DNA of 64,000 bases, taken from assembly GCF_041956535.1 (NCBI RefSeq), contig NW_027192202.1, positions 110,018 through 174,017 on the forward strand, read 5' to 3'. A program made the position numbers and the translations under genes. Below the pieces are notes generated by a model, which saw nothing but the letters and a program-made list of their open reading frames with translations, did not search any database and had not been told where the DNA came from. This stretch comes from Calcarisporiella thermophila CBS 279.70 (taxonomy: Eukaryota; Fungi; Calcarisporiellomycota). Below are positions 62,174 through 64,000 of the stretch, one piece after another; position 1 is the first letter of the stretch, and every line of letters starts with the position of its first letter.

Positions 62174-62698
62174 TTAAAACAGGAACCAGAGTGCAGCAGC
62201 AAAAGTGGAAATTAATCCAAAATCACCAAGATTGAACACTCTCGCGCCCCTTATTGGGCTCGACGCTGCGGATATGCTACCGTTCACTCCTCCTGTCGGT
62301 AATCCAGCGCTTATTGATCTTGAGCCCGTGGGGTAAGAGGTGTAGCCGCTTGTCCCAGAAACTGAAACGACAGTGCCAGTAGCGCCGGGTAAGGCAGCAG
62401 TTCCAGTCGAAGTGCCATTCAAAGACGCACTCGAAGGCAAGGCAATTGCTTGCTTCTTGTTCTTATCCTCCTTCTTATTGTCCTTTTTGTCGTCATTCTT
62501 ATCGTCCTTTTTATCGTCCTTTTTATCTTTGTCTTCCCGTTTGATAAGATTGGCATTGGTGTCCAAAATCACTCGTTCATCAATATCCGGCACGCGGGCC
62601 ATGGAATTAGCTTGCTGATTAGCGAAAGATGGTGATGCAATGAAGATGAAAAGAAGTACATAGGTGAAAATGAGACATTGAACGTTGACGCGCTTCAT
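62174..62698 (-). CDS. Small secreted, probably GPI-anchored protein with KDDK repeats
   Basis: Signal peptide, LIKR site, (KKDD)n acidic/basic repeat, S/T/G-rich stalk and hydrophobic C-terminus LISTFAAALWFLF. Confidence 0.75.
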   Translation of the reverse strand: MKRVNVQCLIFTYVLLFIFIASPSFANQQANSMARVPDIDERVILDTNANLIKREDKDKKDDKKDDKNDDKKDNKKEDKNKKQAIALPSSASLNGTSTGTAALPGATGTVVSVSGTSGYTSYPTGSRSISAGLPTGGVNGSISAASSPIRGARVFNLGDFGLISTFAAALWFLF

Positions 62699-64000
62699 CT
62701 TGGATGCAGAAGAGGCAAAACACGGATGATATTACCAGTGCTAATGAAGGGAATGAGGATGGGAATGTTTACTTTCAAAGAGGAGAAAAACTAAACAGAA
62801 CGTGAGGAAGAGAGAAGTTGTGTTGGTATAAAAATCATTTGGATAGCAGAAAAAAAAACAAAGTGAGACCCGATCCTTTTATGCAAATCAATTTCCTCTT
62901 GTGGATTTATTGAAACAAACAAAACTCGATTAGGGCATCAATGGGATTGGACATTTTGTTAATTTCTAATTACCAGAAGCTGTGACGCTTCTAAAGTTCG
63001 TGGAGATTTATTCTGCATTCTATTATGCTATTGAAAGATATCAGCACGAAATAACTCATTATTTCATCCCATCCTTCACTCCCCCTATCCCCCCTTTTGT
63101 CAAGCCAAAGACAACGCTAAAATTCCCTACATCTACTAGTGCAGCGGTTCCCACAACACGAAGCTCTAATCGCATTGTTCAAATCGAAAGGCCTAGTGCG
63201 TAGAATTGCATCATGTAACTAAATGAAGTTTGGCAACTTCTGACGCAATGAGGTAGATTGCTCCGGTTTTCTACTAGAACTAGGTCAGAGCTTTTTTCAG
63301 TGGATCATTTCTACGATGCGCTAAAAGAACTAAACCTATTTTCGTGAGATGGATGCAAATCCGAAACTCTTATCCAATTTACTCTAATACTTTAATTGCA
63401 TTGAAAAATTTTTAACAGCAATCGCGCTTTGACTTTCAATATTAATCACTCTTCTGTGTGGGGATATCCATACTTTTTAATGACTAGTATTCAGAGAGTG
63501 TACGATCTAAGTGGTACAGTTCAAAAACATAATGAATTTGGCTATGGCAGAGCAATCTTAATTGAATTGAATTTTAATGTTTGAAACAGACATAATGGAG
63601 TGCAAGATATTTGGTAATTGTGATTGCTTATTCTTATAAAAAATATAAATGGTGCAAGATGGCATATCAGTCAATTTGTAATACTAGATAGATCATTGTT
63701 TCCTCAAATACATATTTAAAATTCCTTTGTATTGGAGCCCTCTAGTCATTTAATCCAGCTTATATTATCGGTCAATTATTATAATCACTGATCGATAGAG
63801 GAAATTGACGGTAGTGAAATTTCGATAATAGCGTTAGAGTAAACTATTTCAATGACTTATTATTGTCCCTAATAAATTTCTCCGGAATGCTCTCCAACAT
63901 ACCTTGTTTGCAAAATTTTTATTCAGGATCCTGCGATGACTTGCTGTGCAAACTAGATCCATTGTGCAAAGACAAGCTGTCTTGCAAGATTTGGCACGAA

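Noticed and set aside
1-64000. CRISPR arrays, rRNA, prokaryotic operons, selenoprotein UGA or TGA-CTA readthrough PTS1 extensions
   Set aside because: No regularly spaced repeats or rRNA seen. The stop contexts I checked are not TGACTA, and in-frame stops in the decayed ORFs are of mixed types.
61021-64000. Short ORFs (61021-61296, 61783-62070, 62982-63203) in AT-rich DNA
   Set aside because: Low-complexity, no motifs, and likely non-ATG or weak starts; treated as intergenic.

Overview
Gene-dense eukaryotic DNA with short GT-AG introns from a fungus. Evidence: class IV chitin synthase, Tup1, Jsn1/Puf and a Fungal_trans-domain factor. A Nup43-like gene and an FYR-Myb-U-box gene suggest an early-diverging (non-Dikarya) lineage; this is inference. 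The window holds about 25 protein-coding genes, mostly housekeeping, plus one tRNA-Gln(TTG). Standout 1 (345-2684): a nest of related LTR ends 12 bp upstream of the tRNA. A ~1.4 kb GC-rich, intronless, decayed antisense ORF with no retroelement motifs sits between a 92-bp LTR start and a PPT+LTR, a candidate retrotransposon-captured foreign (possibly mycoviral) RNA. Standout 2 (36524-38194): an intronless glycyl-tRNA synthetase with bacterial GlyQS-type signatures. Also notable: a Kex2-processed repeat precursor, a Met-rich GPI cupredoxin, a 36-bp perfect palindrome and an orphan pseudogene. Coordinates of spliced genes were inferred by eye and internal exon boundaries are approximate; no database search was run.
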